Positions 39,720 through 49,208 of a stretch of DNA of 64,000 nucleotides are shown here, one piece after another; the stretch's first letter is position 1, and each line of letters opens with the position of its first letter. The notes below the pieces were generated by a model, which searched no databases, was not told the origin of the DNA, and saw nothing but the letters and a program-made list of their open reading frames with translations. Source of the stretch: Verrucomicrobiota bacterium (lineage in GTDB: Bacteria; Verrucomicrobiota; Verrucomicrobiia; Limisphaerales; AAA164-E04); NCBI GenBank assembly GCA_047947115.1, contig CP170459.1, forward strand, positions 1,072,386 to 1,136,385, given 5' to 3'. Made by a program: the position numbers and the translations under genes.

Positions 39720-40864
39720 GAACCGTTTATCTCGATTATAACGCCACCACACCTCTCGACGAGGGGGTTTGGGAAACCATGGTTCCCCATATGCGGAATC
39801 ATTATGGCAACCCATCCAGCATCCATCGGGTGGGTCGGGATGCCAAAGCGCATCTGGATGATGCGAGGTATGATCTTTCCGAGTTGTGGCAATGCAAACC
39901 CAGCGAAATCGTGTTCACCAGCGGGGGTACGGAAAGCAACAATCTGGCCATCTTTGGAACGGCGCGACTGCTCAAATCGAAGGGTCGACATCTCGTTTGC
40001 AGCGCCGTCGAACATCATGCCGTGTTGCATTGCTTTGAGTACCTGTCCGAAAAGGAGGGGTTTGATCTTACCATCCTGCCCGTTGACGGCGAAGGTCGAG
40101 TCGACCCAAATTCCGTCAAGGAAGCCATTCAAGAGGATACACAATTGGTTTCGGTGATGGCTGCCAACAATGAAATCGGGACAATTCAGCCCATCGCGGA
40201 AATCGGCGCCATCTGTCGTGAACGCGGCGTGCTTTTTCACACGGATGCCGTGCAATGGTTTGGCAAAGAACCGGTAGAATCCATCCATCAGTTCAATGCG
40301 GACCTGGTTTCGGTATGTGCCCATAAATTGCACGGTCCCAAAGGTTCGGGTGCGTTGTTCATTCGTTCTCCCCTGTTGCCGGATAAAATCCTTTTTGGAG
40401 GTGCTCATGAGAACGAACGCCGTGCTGGAACGGAAAATCTTGCGGCCATTGTAGGACTGGTCGAAGCCTTGAAACGGTTTTCCAATCCACCGGTTTTTAG
40501 TCAGCAAACCATCCGCGAAGCAAATCAATGCCTGCGGGAATGCCTGCTTACGGTTCCGGAAGTAGACATCCTGACCCCCCAAACGGGCAGTCTTCAAAAT
40601 ACGCTTTCATTTACGGTTAACGGTTGCGACAGCATCGGTTTGCTGGCAGGATTGGATTTGGAAGGCATTTGTGCTTCGAGTGGTTCGGCCTGCTCAGTGG
40701 GGTCTTTGGAACCCTCCCACGTCGTTCTGGCAATGGGAATTAGCCGCGACAAAGCCAACGCTTTGGTGCGCTTATCGTTAGGTAAAGAGAACACTCAGGA
40801 AGATATGATTTACGCAAATGAGATGATTCCACGTGTGCTCAAGCGGTGCCTGATTGTGAAATGA
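39716..40864 (+). CDS. Cysteine desulfurase (IscS/NifS group I)
   Basis: YLDYNATTP, TSGGTESNN, ANNEIG, AHKLHGPKG, SSGSAC. Confidence 0.95.
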   Translation: MRTVYLDYNATTPLDEGVWETMVPHMRNHYGNPSSIHRVGRDAKAHLDDARYDLSELWQCKPSEIVFTSGGTESNNLAIFGTARLLKSKGRHLVCSAVEHHAVLHCFEYLSEKEGFDLTILPVDGEGRVDPNSVKEAIQEDTQLVSVMAANNEIGTIQPIAEIGAICRERGVLFHTDAVQWFGKEPVESIHQFNADLVSVCAHKLHGPKGSGALFIRSPLLPDKILFGGAHENERRAGTENLAAIVGLVEALKRFSNPPVFSQQTIREANQCLRECLLTVPEVDILTPQTGSLQNTLSFTVNGCDSIGLLAGLDLEGICASSGSACSVGSLEPSHVVLAMGISRDKANALVRLSLGKENTQEDMIYANEMIPRVLKRCLIVK

Positions 40865-41074
40865 TGGCCCAACAAGCTGTGAATAACTTTGTGAATAGTG
40901 TGCGTAGCCTCAACAAGTGGGGCTAACCCGCTGGATATCAATTTGTTGTTCACATGGCAGATTCGTTGTAAGTCCTTGAGCCAGCCTTGACACCGCCACT
41001 TGTTTGGCTTATTCACAGGGCTTAATTTTAATACATTTTGTCTCTCTTTGAGAAATAATAGACATCCATAGCGC
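40865..41074. other. Putative chromosomal replication origin (oriC)
   Basis: DnaA boxes TGTGAATAA 40878, TGTGAATAG 40890, TTGTTCACA 40946, TTATTCACA 41009; IHF-consensus TATCAATTTGTTG 40936; last box followed by GGGC and an AT-rich run; upstream of dnaN; apparent C-rich to G-rich switch across the window. Confidence 0.75.
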
Positions 41075-42193
41075 ATGAATATCACCATCGCCAAAGAAGA
41101 ATTGGTTCGCGGACTGCAATCTGTGCAGAACGTGGTCAATCCGCGCACCACGCTCCCCGTCCTCTCCAACGTCCTGCTGGTCGCTGAAGAGGGCAAATTG
41201 ATCCTTACAGCGACCGATCTGGATGTCACGGTCTCCTGCACCGTCACAGCCGACGTTCAAGAGGAAGGCAAGGTAACTCTTCCCGCCAAAAAAATGGTGG
41301 GAATCGTCCGTGAACTTTCCACGCCTGAAATTGAACTTCAGGTCGACGAGAAGAATGTGTGCAGCATCCACGCCGGAGCTTCTTTCTTCAAAATCGTTGG
41401 TCTGGGAGCCAATGAGTTCCCTCCCCTGGCCAAGTTTGAGGAGAAAAACAAGGTGTCCATTTCCCAGGAACGGCTCAGAGGCATGCTTAGGAAGACTTCT
41501 TATGCAGTTTCCACCGAGGAATCTCGTTATGTTCTCAACGGTATCTTTTTAAGCATCAAAGAATTCAAGCTGACCATGGTTGCCACGGACGGACGGCGTC
41601 TGGCATTGGTGGAAGAAGAGCTCGAGGAAACACCCGATGTGCAGGTACAGTTCATTGTTCCAACCAAGGCCATCAACGAACTCAATCGCTTGCTGGGGGA
41701 TGAGGGAACTGTGGAGGTGCAGTTTCAGGACAATCAGGCATCGTTTTTTCTTTCGGGCGAAGGTGAGAATTCAGCACTGATGATCACAAAGCTCATTGAA
41801 GGCAATTATCCGAACTACTCGCAGGTCATTCCCAAGAAGTGCAGTGAACGGGTTCCTTTGGTCCGCGAAGAGCTCCTGCAGGCCCTCAGGCGCGCGGAAA
41901 TCATGACCAGTGACAAAGCGCACTCCGTCAAATTCGCTTTTACCCAAAACAACCTCCAAATTACTGCGAACACCCCTGATGTGGGCGAGGCCAGGGAAAA
42001 TATTGCCATCAACTATTCCGGCGAGGATATCACCGTGTCCTTCAACCCGCTTTACATGATGGATCCCCTGAAAGTGCTCGAAGACGATGAGGTCTTTCTG
42101 GAAATGTCCGACGAGCTGAGTCCCGGCGTGATCAAGGTCCAGACGCCTTTCATCTACGTCATCATGCCCATGCGGACCAATACCGTTTCTTAA
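41075..42193 (+). CDS. dnaN: DNA polymerase III beta clamp
   Basis: LPVLSNVL, ATDLD, SRYVLNG, VATDGRRL, LIEGNYPNY, VIMPMR. Confidence 0.98.
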   Translation: MNITIAKEELVRGLQSVQNVVNPRTTLPVLSNVLLVAEEGKLILTATDLDVTVSCTVTADVQEEGKVTLPAKKMVGIVRELSTPEIELQVDEKNVCSIHAGASFFKIVGLGANEFPPLAKFEEKNKVSISQERLRGMLRKTSYAVSTEESRYVLNGIFLSIKEFKLTMVATDGRRLALVEEELEETPDVQVQFIVPTKAINELNRLLGDEGTVEVQFQDNQASFFLSGEGENSALMITKLIEGNYPNYSQVIPKKCSERVPLVREELLQALRRAEIMTSDKAHSVKFAFTQNNLQITANTPDVGEARENIAINYSGEDITVSFNPLYMMDPLKVLEDDEVFLEMSDELSPGVIKVQTPFIYVIMPMRTNTVS

Positions 42194-42271
42194 GGTTCAC
42201 GATCAAAGTAACTTAACCTGACTCATAGCCACCCGGATCTTCGATCCAGTTGGTATCAAAAAGCCATTGCC

Positions 42272-43036
42272 ATGATTGAAACCGTCAAAACCATCGCATC
42301 AGAAGCCGGAGAAAAGATCTTATCCTTTTACGGACAACCGATTCCGGTTGAGAAAAAGTCGGATGACAGCCCTTTGACCAAGGCTGATCTGGCGGCTCAT
42401 CACGCCATTGTCGCGGGATTAAAAGACCTCGACAACACCATTCCGGTTTTGTCAGAGGAAGCTAAAGAGATTCCTTTTGAGGAAAGGCGAAGTTGGGATC
42501 GGTTTTGGGTGGTGGATCCGATGGACGGCACCAAGGAATTCATCAAGCAGACCGGCGAGTTTACCGTCAATATAGCCTTGGTCCAAGGCGGTATATCTTC
42601 GCTGGGTGTGGTTTACGTTCCGGCAAAGAACCTGTTTTATTGGGCTGAGAAAGGAAAAGGAGCATTCAAACAAGTCAAGGAGGAAGCTTCTCTTGCCATC
42701 AAAGTGAGGAAAGCAGACCCTGAAGCTCTCTCCATTGTGGCCAGTCGGGATCATGCTGGTCCCATGGTTCAGGAACTTCTGGAGCGATACCCCACGGCAC
42801 AGACCCAGAGCATGGGCAGTTCCTTGAAATTTTGTTTAGTGGCCGAGGGTAAAGCCGATGTCTATTTGCGAGACGTGCCGACCATGGAATGGGACACAGC
42901 AGCGGCTCAATGTATTGTGGAAGAATCCGGTGGTGTCGTGAAGGATATCGATGGCAGTGTGCTTCTCTACAACAAAGAGGTGTTGAGAAATCCCTCCATT
43001 ATCACCTTGGGAGATCCGTTGTTTGCGTGGAAATAA
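42272..43036 (+). CDS. cysQ: 3'(2'),5'-bisphosphate nucleotidase
   Basis: SPLTKAD, LSEE, DPMDGTKEF, GSSLKFCLVAEG, EWDTAAAQ. Confidence 0.95.
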   Translation: MIETVKTIASEAGEKILSFYGQPIPVEKKSDDSPLTKADLAAHHAIVAGLKDLDNTIPVLSEEAKEIPFEERRSWDRFWVVDPMDGTKEFIKQTGEFTVNIALVQGGISSLGVVYVPAKNLFYWAEKGKGAFKQVKEEASLAIKVRKADPEALSIVASRDHAGPMVQELLERYPTAQTQSMGSSLKFCLVAEGKADVYLRDVPTMEWDTAAAQCIVEESGGVVKDIDGSVLLYNKEVLRNPSIITLGDPLFAWK

Positions 43037-43037
43037 G

Positions 43038-43212
43038 GACCGCGGCAAGCGGAAACATCCTTCAACCAGACAAACTTGAACGCACATACGAAAGCCCGTA
43101 GTTGATTAACGTCACATTGCGGTGACGGAGCAACCCACCGTTAGCTCGATGGTCGGTCTTTCAATGTCGTGCAGATATGTCCAGATCTTGGGATTCTTCA
43201 CTCACCGCGGTC
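43038..43212 (-). ncRNA. ssrS: Candidate 6S RNA
   Basis: 175-nt collinear rod; closing stem GACCGCGGTGAGTG/CGCTTGCCGCGGTC with G.U pairs valid on the minus strand; CTGCACGACAT and GCGTTCAAG at positions resembling conserved 6S segments; TACCCT -10-like hexamer 6 nt upstream. Confidence 0.55.
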
Positions 43213-43355
43213 AAACAGAGGGTATGATGCTCAAAACCTCCCGCTTATTGCACGTATTTTATGGCATAATTCATGCCAAAGCGAAGTAGTTGAAAAGGGT
43301 ATTCTGGAAAACCAAGGAAAAATCGAGAAACAACCAACGACACATTGCCTGCTTT

Positions 43356-43931
43356 ATGTTCCTACGCATCGTTTTCTTTGAATCATCCCTCTTGTTGGTC
43401 GCATGGGTATTGGGTTGGTTGCTGGGCGTTCCTTTGTTCGACGCTCATACTTGGAATTGGAAAGGGCTTGCTATCGGACTCTCCTCAACCTTACCACTCA
43501 TCTCCATGTTTTTCTGGTTGCTCCAATCCCAATGGGAACCTTGCCAAAACATTCGGCGGATCATGGATGTGGTCATACGACCCATGTTTCAGGAGTTTAC
43601 CATCCTGCAGTTGCTCATCATCTCTCTTGTTGCAGGCATCAGCGAAGAAATCCTGTTTCGAGGTGTCATTCAAGGTGGAGCTCAAACCTCCATGGGCGCA
43701 CCGGCCGCCATCGTTTTATCGGCCGTCCTCTTTGGAGCATGCCATGCCCTTACTCCATTCTACTTTGTTCTGGCAACCTTCATGGGTGTCTACATGAGCG
43801 TGGTCTGGATGGCGACCGGACAATTATTGGCACCGATCATCACCCATGCTGTTTACGATTTTCTCGTTTTGGTCTGGTATCTCCATTATTCAAATCAAAG
43901 AAAGGTGTCTGCTCTTCGCAAAGATGGGTAA
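43356..43931 (+). CDS. CPBP (CAAX protease/Abi) intramembrane protease
   Basis: EEILFRG, FGACH, HAVYD; start uncertain (43290 or 43356). Confidence 0.9.
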   Translation: MFLRIVFFESSLLLVAWVLGWLLGVPLFDAHTWNWKGLAIGLSSTLPLISMFFWLLQSQWEPCQNIRRIMDVVIRPMFQEFTILQLLIISLVAGISEEILFRGVIQGGAQTSMGAPAAIVLSAVLFGACHALTPFYFVLATFMGVYMSVVWMATGQLLAPIITHAVYDFLVLVWYLHYSNQRKVSALRKDG

Positions 43932-43950
43932 ACTCATCCAGACCAAGGGG

Positions 43951-45402
43951 TCATGTTTCGCGAGATACCGATTCCAATTCCGATCTACCGAGCCAGTAAC
44001 ACGCCAATGGCGCAGGGATTTTCAGGAACCGAGCCTTGGCTGTTTTGTGTTGGACGTCCATCACTTGAAAATCAGGCAGCTCTCGGGTGATCACATAGCC
44101 TTTCTCTGTGTTTTGTTGGGCGCAAAATTCAATCAATCCCTTCAATTCCTGGATACCGGTATGTTTGGGTGTCCGATATTTTACTTCAAAGGGAACCAAT
44201 CTATCCCCTAGATCAGCAATGATATCCACCTCCTTGTCCCTTTTACCTCGCCAATAAGAAAACCCGATGCTTCGAGCGTAGTAACGAGTGAAGAGGTGCT
44301 TGAAAAACGCTGTCTCGACCGCTCGACCAAGGGCATTCGAATCTTCCAACATTTCTTTTCCCTTCAACAACACGCCCGGCGCAATGGCAGCATCCGCCAG
44401 ATAAACTTTTGGAGACGCTTTCAACACCTGCTTGCCATATCCAAGTGGTAGTAATCGATGAATCAGATGTGTGTTTTCCAGTAGTTCGATGAAGTTTCCT
44501 ACTGTAGGTCGTTTTAGCTGAAGGCTGGAACACAAATCCTGTAAATTGAGCAATCCACCATCATGCAGACAAAGATAGAGGAACACCTGTTCCAACTCCA
44601 CGACACGACGAACGCCGAATAACGCCGTCATATCCCGCTTGAGTACTTTATCCACGATGTCCTCACGCAGAAGTTTTTGTGCGAGAGAAATGCTTTCCAT
44701 CTGAGCCGTCTGCGGAAAACCGCCTCGCAACAAATATTCGTGGAATAAGCCGACGAGTGGACGGCCCACTTCGCCCCATTTTACAAACTCATTTGCATCC
44801 CACGAAAACAGTTCCAAAAACGAATGGATGGCGGGTAAGGGAGGAATCGGCGTTTTGCGAATTTGCAGGTATTCAAAAAACGACAAAGTTGCCAGTCGAA
44901 TGGTCTGCCATCGACCCACTCCTGATTCCTGTCCCTCTGTGACCAACGGTGTGGCGGATCCGGTTACGGCAATGCGACGACGCTTTACAAAATCAACTTG
45001 ATGCTTCAACCAAGTCTGCCAGCCTTTCACCAACTGAATTTCATCGAGAAAAAGATACTCTGGTCCTTCGCGAGCGGGTTCAAACTCCCGCCATAGATCC
45101 AACAGGTCATCCAGCCCGATCTGTTTCAAAAGAGGGTGGTCAAAGGTCACATAAAGGATGTTTGTCGGAGCAACCCCTTGATCTAACAAGACGTCTATTG
45201 CCTGGAGGTAAAGTGTCGTCTTGCCCACCTGCCGTGCTCCGCTCAGAAGGAGAGCACGACCAGCGGGAGGATTCTGCGCCCAAGCCGAAATCTCCCTGAA
45301 CGCGGCCCTTTTCCATGTCGGCATGTCCGGAAAACGACCGCCTCTCCACCAAGGATTAAACTGACGAAGCACCGCAAAAAGCTCTGTTTTTGGAACAACC
45401 AC
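43951..45402 (-). CDS. AAA_14 ATPase with DUF4143/PD-(D/E)XK-like C-terminus
   Basis: QFNPWW, GARQVGKTT, FLDEIQ, TGS, GGFP, EVDII...PFEVK. Confidence 0.9.
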   Translation of the reverse strand: MVVPKTELFAVLRQFNPWWRGGRFPDMPTWKRAAFREISAWAQNPPAGRALLLSGARQVGKTTLYLQAIDVLLDQGVAPTNILYVTFDHPLLKQIGLDDLLDLWREFEPAREGPEYLFLDEIQLVKGWQTWLKHQVDFVKRRRIAVTGSATPLVTEGQESGVGRWQTIRLATLSFFEYLQIRKTPIPPLPAIHSFLELFSWDANEFVKWGEVGRPLVGLFHEYLLRGGFPQTAQMESISLAQKLLREDIVDKVLKRDMTALFGVRRVVELEQVFLYLCLHDGGLLNLQDLCSSLQLKRPTVGNFIELLENTHLIHRLLPLGYGKQVLKASPKVYLADAAIAPGVLLKGKEMLEDSNALGRAVETAFFKHLFTRYYARSIGFSYWRGKRDKEVDIIADLGDRLVPFEVKYRTPKHTGIQELKGLIEFCAQQNTEKGYVITRELPDFQVMDVQHKTAKARFLKIPAPLACYWLGRSELESVSRET

Positions 45403-45569
45403 TTAGAAAAACATAAATAAAATACCATTTAATGCAAGTATACATTACATAAAAGACATCATTTGTGATTTTCTCTTTTCTTTGTTCCAGTTCCGGTTTT
45501 GGATGTCAGTCCTGACTATTGACGCAATTCAATCTCGCAATTCAGGTGACAGATGGCTAAATAGGTCCC

Positions 45570-46709
45570 TTGCATTATTTCGATCACAACGCCACCGCCC
45601 CCATGAATGTGGTTGCCCGGGACGCTTGGCTGGAGGCTGTTGAGCAGTTTCCAGGTAATCCTTCCAGTTTGCACCGTATCGGTGCACGTGCAGACAAGGC
45701 ATTGGAGGATGCCCGTCAGGTGATGGGCGATCTGCTTGGTTGTTCACCTCTGGATGTGGTGTGGACCAGTGGTGCCACCGAGTCCAACAACACCATCTGG
45801 TATCACCTGTCTCAAACTCTGCCGGAGGATGCCACGGTTTGGGTGGCCTCCATCGAACATCCCTGTTGCCTGGAGAGTGCGAGATACTGGATGGGAAACC
45901 GTATTGTCTGGATTCCTGTGAGCGAACAAGGTGTGGTTGAATCAAGTTGGCTCGATTCGCAAATTCAAAACGGCAGACCTCATTTGGTTTGTGTCATGGC
46001 GGCCAACAATGAAACCGGATGCCTTCAACCCTGGGAATCCGTTCGTCAATGGTGTGCCGGGCAAAAAGTTGCTTTTTTCTGCGACGCGGCACAGTGGGTC
46101 GGTCGTTTGCCGATGCGTGGCCTTGGAAAATGTGATTGGGTGTCTGGTTGCGCCCATAAATTTGGAGGACCCAAAGGAATTGGATTTCTCAAATGCCCTT
46201 CCGCCGGAAAACTGCAATCCTTGTTACGGGGAGGTCCCCAGGAGATGCAGCGGCGTGCCGGAACGGAAAACGTGGCAGGAGCGATCGCCATGGTGACGGC
46301 TTTGAAAGCTCGTGAAGAGGAACTGACCATCGAAAAGCTATCAGAGCTGAAGAATGTTCAAGTAACCTTCGAATCCTGGTTGCGAACCGAAATGCCTGAT
46401 GTCCGGGTGTTGGGTGATGAAGTTCCCAGGCTCTGGAATACGACAACGGTGGTCATGCCTGATACGGATTGTCGCATGCGTTGGGTGGTCAAGCTGGACA
46501 AAATGGGTTTTGCCGTTTCCTCGGGTTCGGCATGTGCCAGCGGAAAGGAGCAGACTTCTCACGTAATGGAGGCCATGGGCGTAACGGGTGCAGCTGCTTC
46601 AAGAGTGTTGCGGTTCAGTTCCGGTATGAAGACGTCCCTCGAAGACTGGCGAGCTTTGCTCGATGCGGTCAAACAGATCCAATCCATATCGGATGAAGCT
46701 AAAGTCTGA
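45570..46709 (+). CDS. Second cysteine desulfurase-family PLP enzyme
   Basis: YFDHNATAP, TSGATESNN, ANNETG, AHKFGGPKG, SSGSAC. Confidence 0.92.
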   Translation: MHYFDHNATAPMNVVARDAWLEAVEQFPGNPSSLHRIGARADKALEDARQVMGDLLGCSPLDVVWTSGATESNNTIWYHLSQTLPEDATVWVASIEHPCCLESARYWMGNRIVWIPVSEQGVVESSWLDSQIQNGRPHLVCVMAANNETGCLQPWESVRQWCAGQKVAFFCDAAQWVGRLPMRGLGKCDWVSGCAHKFGGPKGIGFLKCPSAGKLQSLLRGGPQEMQRRAGTENVAGAIAMVTALKAREEELTIEKLSELKNVQVTFESWLRTEMPDVRVLGDEVPRLWNTTTVVMPDTDCRMRWVVKLDKMGFAVSSGSACASGKEQTSHVMEAMGVTGAAASRVLRFSSGMKTSLEDWRALLDAVKQIQSISDEAKV

Positions 46710-46741
46710 AGATGTGTGGATCCAGAAAGGTAGATCGAAGC

Positions 46742-48829
46742 ATGAAGTGGTTATGGACCATTTTGGTTTTGCTGGCAATGCAGGTTGGAGCAGAGGAGAT
46801 CACTGATTCCGCTTCAGCGTTGCATCGTGCTCTGGGTGATGAACCCTTGCGGGATCATGTGCGGAAGCTGGACCATTTACAGTCACGCACCCGGTTCCTG
46901 GAGCAGTGGAATGTATGGATGGTGGAGTTCTTCGTGGAAGATGAACGGATCGCCATGTTGACGCTGAATCGTGAAGGAGAAGTTTTGGAACGCGCCTTGA
47001 ATCGGTCGGATGAAGAAGAGGTTGTGCATCGCGTCGATGAACTCCGGCAGGAATTTGCCCATGCAAAACGTATCGGAAATGAGGCCGAGGTTCGGGAGAT
47101 TCAGGAACTGCTCAAACGTCTGGAGCGATCCCATCCTTTCGCCGGGCAGGAGGTGGATTTGGAACAGGTGCTTGCGACGGTTCACGGATTGGGTGGTTAT
47201 GGCATGGGGTTGATTCGTTGGGCACCGGTTGAGGGAGTTTCTGGTACCCAGGTGATGGTGGAACGTGAGGAGGATGGACGGTGGGTTCGGATCGAGTCGC
47301 TTCCTCTGCGTCAAGGACGATGGATCGACCACGATGTTCGGGTGGGTGAAACCGTTCGTTACCGCATTGGATTGATGGCGCCCGAGCGAGCATTCAGCAC
47401 AAAACGCATCATTGAGATCGTTCCCAGGCAGTTGGATGATTCGAAGATGCCAGTCTATACCGTTCAAATCCCGAAAGAAGGATTGGAGCGCATGCTGGCG
47501 GATGTCACGGAGGACATTGAGATGGATGGCACGTTCATGCTGAACAAACAGCGATGGCCCATGGAGGTACGACTACGCGGAGCCAGCACCCGGCATGCGG
47601 TTAAAAAGAGTTATCGCATTCAGTTCAAAGAAGGATCTCCCTTTTCAACCGATGTCATCTATCTGAAAGCTGAACCCATGGACCACACGCTTCAGCAGGA
47701 AAAACTCTCCTGTGATTTGTTCCTCCAAAACGGCCTGCATTGTTCGGAAGCCAGGTATGTGAATCTGGTTATCAACGGTCAATACCAGGGTGTTTACCTG
47801 GACATCGAACCTATTCGCTCGCCATTCAAAAAGCATCCCGGCCTGGATCCGGATGGTGTGCTGATCCGTGCTTCCACCTTTGGTTCTGCCGACCAAAAAC
47901 CTTTGGGTGATTTACGCGGTAAGGGGGATGGATTGAAGCAATTGGAAACGTTTTTGAAAGAGGCTCAAAGCGTATCCAATGCCGACTTCAGCGCTTGGGT
48001 AAAGGAAAATATGGATTGGCCTCGTGTGCGTGATTATCTCGCGATGCAGGTCCTTTGTCATCGTTCGGAAATTGAAGCCAATGATTACTTCTTTTATCAG
48101 GATCCGGGCACCTTGAAGTGGTCCTTTATTCCATGGGATCACAACAACGGAAACTTTGCCGTGGCCGCTTTCGAGAACCGGGTGTTGGAACCACGCATTC
48201 CGGTCTTTCCACAGACCATTCAGGATATCGGATGGCAACCGAATTATGCCTACCTGATCCATTCACGCATTTTTCGTCAGCTCGATCTGCGGTTGGATTA
48301 CTTGAACCGGCTGCGTGAATGGACGAGGAAATGGTTGCTGGAAGGAAAGATTGAGGGGCTGATTGAAGCCAATCATCAGCAAATACTGGAAGCGTATCCA
48401 GTGGATCCATACCGCACGCCGTACCATGAAAAAGATCCGTTTCTGAGTGCTGCCGATGATCTGAAAACATTTGCCAAGCAACACGGACGCCGTTTGATGG
48501 AGTTGATTGATCATGCACTGGATGAACCCAGGCAAGTTGAAGTGGATTTTATCCAAAGGGATGGCGATGGTTGTCGGTTGAGATTGAAAAACGTCGGTCA
48601 GGAACCGCTGTCACTCCAGAACCTTCGTTTTGTATTCAAGCATGGCGAAAAGATCGTACGTCCCGCATGGCGAAAAACAGGTTCGCTTACGAACGGTCAG
48701 ACCATCGAAATTGCATTCGAAGAAGGTTTCCGCACCGGAGGTTTGTTTTGCGTTTTGCCGGTTCGTGGTGCGGATGATCGGGAACGAGAGATCCCAATGG
48801 ATTTTTGTGTTATCCCGCCGATGGATTGA
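46742..48829 (+). CDS. Secreted CotH kinase-family protein
   Basis: Signal peptide; RLRGASTR..KKSYRI, INGQYQGVY..IE, NDYFFY, W.FIPWDHN. Confidence 0.88.
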   Translation: MKWLWTILVLLAMQVGAEEITDSASALHRALGDEPLRDHVRKLDHLQSRTRFLEQWNVWMVEFFVEDERIAMLTLNREGEVLERALNRSDEEEVVHRVDELRQEFAHAKRIGNEAEVREIQELLKRLERSHPFAGQEVDLEQVLATVHGLGGYGMGLIRWAPVEGVSGTQVMVEREEDGRWVRIESLPLRQGRWIDHDVRVGETVRYRIGLMAPERAFSTKRIIEIVPRQLDDSKMPVYTVQIPKEGLERMLADVTEDIEMDGTFMLNKQRWPMEVRLRGASTRHAVKKSYRIQFKEGSPFSTDVIYLKAEPMDHTLQQEKLSCDLFLQNGLHCSEARYVNLVINGQYQGVYLDIEPIRSPFKKHPGLDPDGVLIRASTFGSADQKPLGDLRGKGDGLKQLETFLKEAQSVSNADFSAWVKENMDWPRVRDYLAMQVLCHRSEIEANDYFFYQDPGTLKWSFIPWDHNNGNFAVAAFENRVLEPRIPVFPQTIQDIGWQPNYAYLIHSRIFRQLDLRLDYLNRLREWTRKWLLEGKIEGLIEANHQQILEAYPVDPYRTPYHEKDPFLSAADDLKTFAKQHGRRLMELIDHALDEPRQVEVDFIQRDGDGCRLRLKNVGQEPLSLQNLRFVFKHGEKIVRPAWRKTGSLTNGQTIEIAFEEGFRTGGLFCVLPVRGADDREREIPMDFCVIPPMD

Positions 48830-48857
48830 TCACACGTGAGCTACAAGGCGATTGGGT

Positions 48858-49113
48858 CGCCCCTTCAGGGCTCGGTGTAAGGTGAAATTGGATACCCAGG
48901 GCGATGCCCTGGGCTGGATTAGGGTGCACCTTTGATGCGTTGGAATGGAATCCTGTTGGGATAATTGATGATGCACGTTTTTTCACCTTTTTCCTTTTTG
49001 AATAATTAATCGAGTATTCGCTCGAACCACGCCCCAACGGGGCATTCTACATCAGCCCGGGGCATCGCTCTGAGAATTGTCGTTTCCAATCATTTCAAAG
49101 CCCTGTAGGGGCG
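48858..49113. repeat. Inverted pair of ~83-bp multi-hairpin REP-like units
   Basis: CGCCCCTTCAGGGCT...CAGGGCGATGCCCTGGGCTG (48858-48940) mirrored by CAGCCCGGGGCATCGCTCTG...AGCCCTGTAGGGGCG (49029-49113). Confidence 0.7.
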
Positions 49114-49208
49114 TTCCAGGAAATGCCACAGTCTCGTGCAAAAAATTAAGGGCTTCATTCCACCGTATTCACCATTGAAACAAGGCTTCACTCCGGTAAA
49201 ATATCCAC

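Noticed and set aside
39716-46709. DNA phosphorothioation system using the cysteine desulfurases
   Set aside because: No dnd or ssp genes present.
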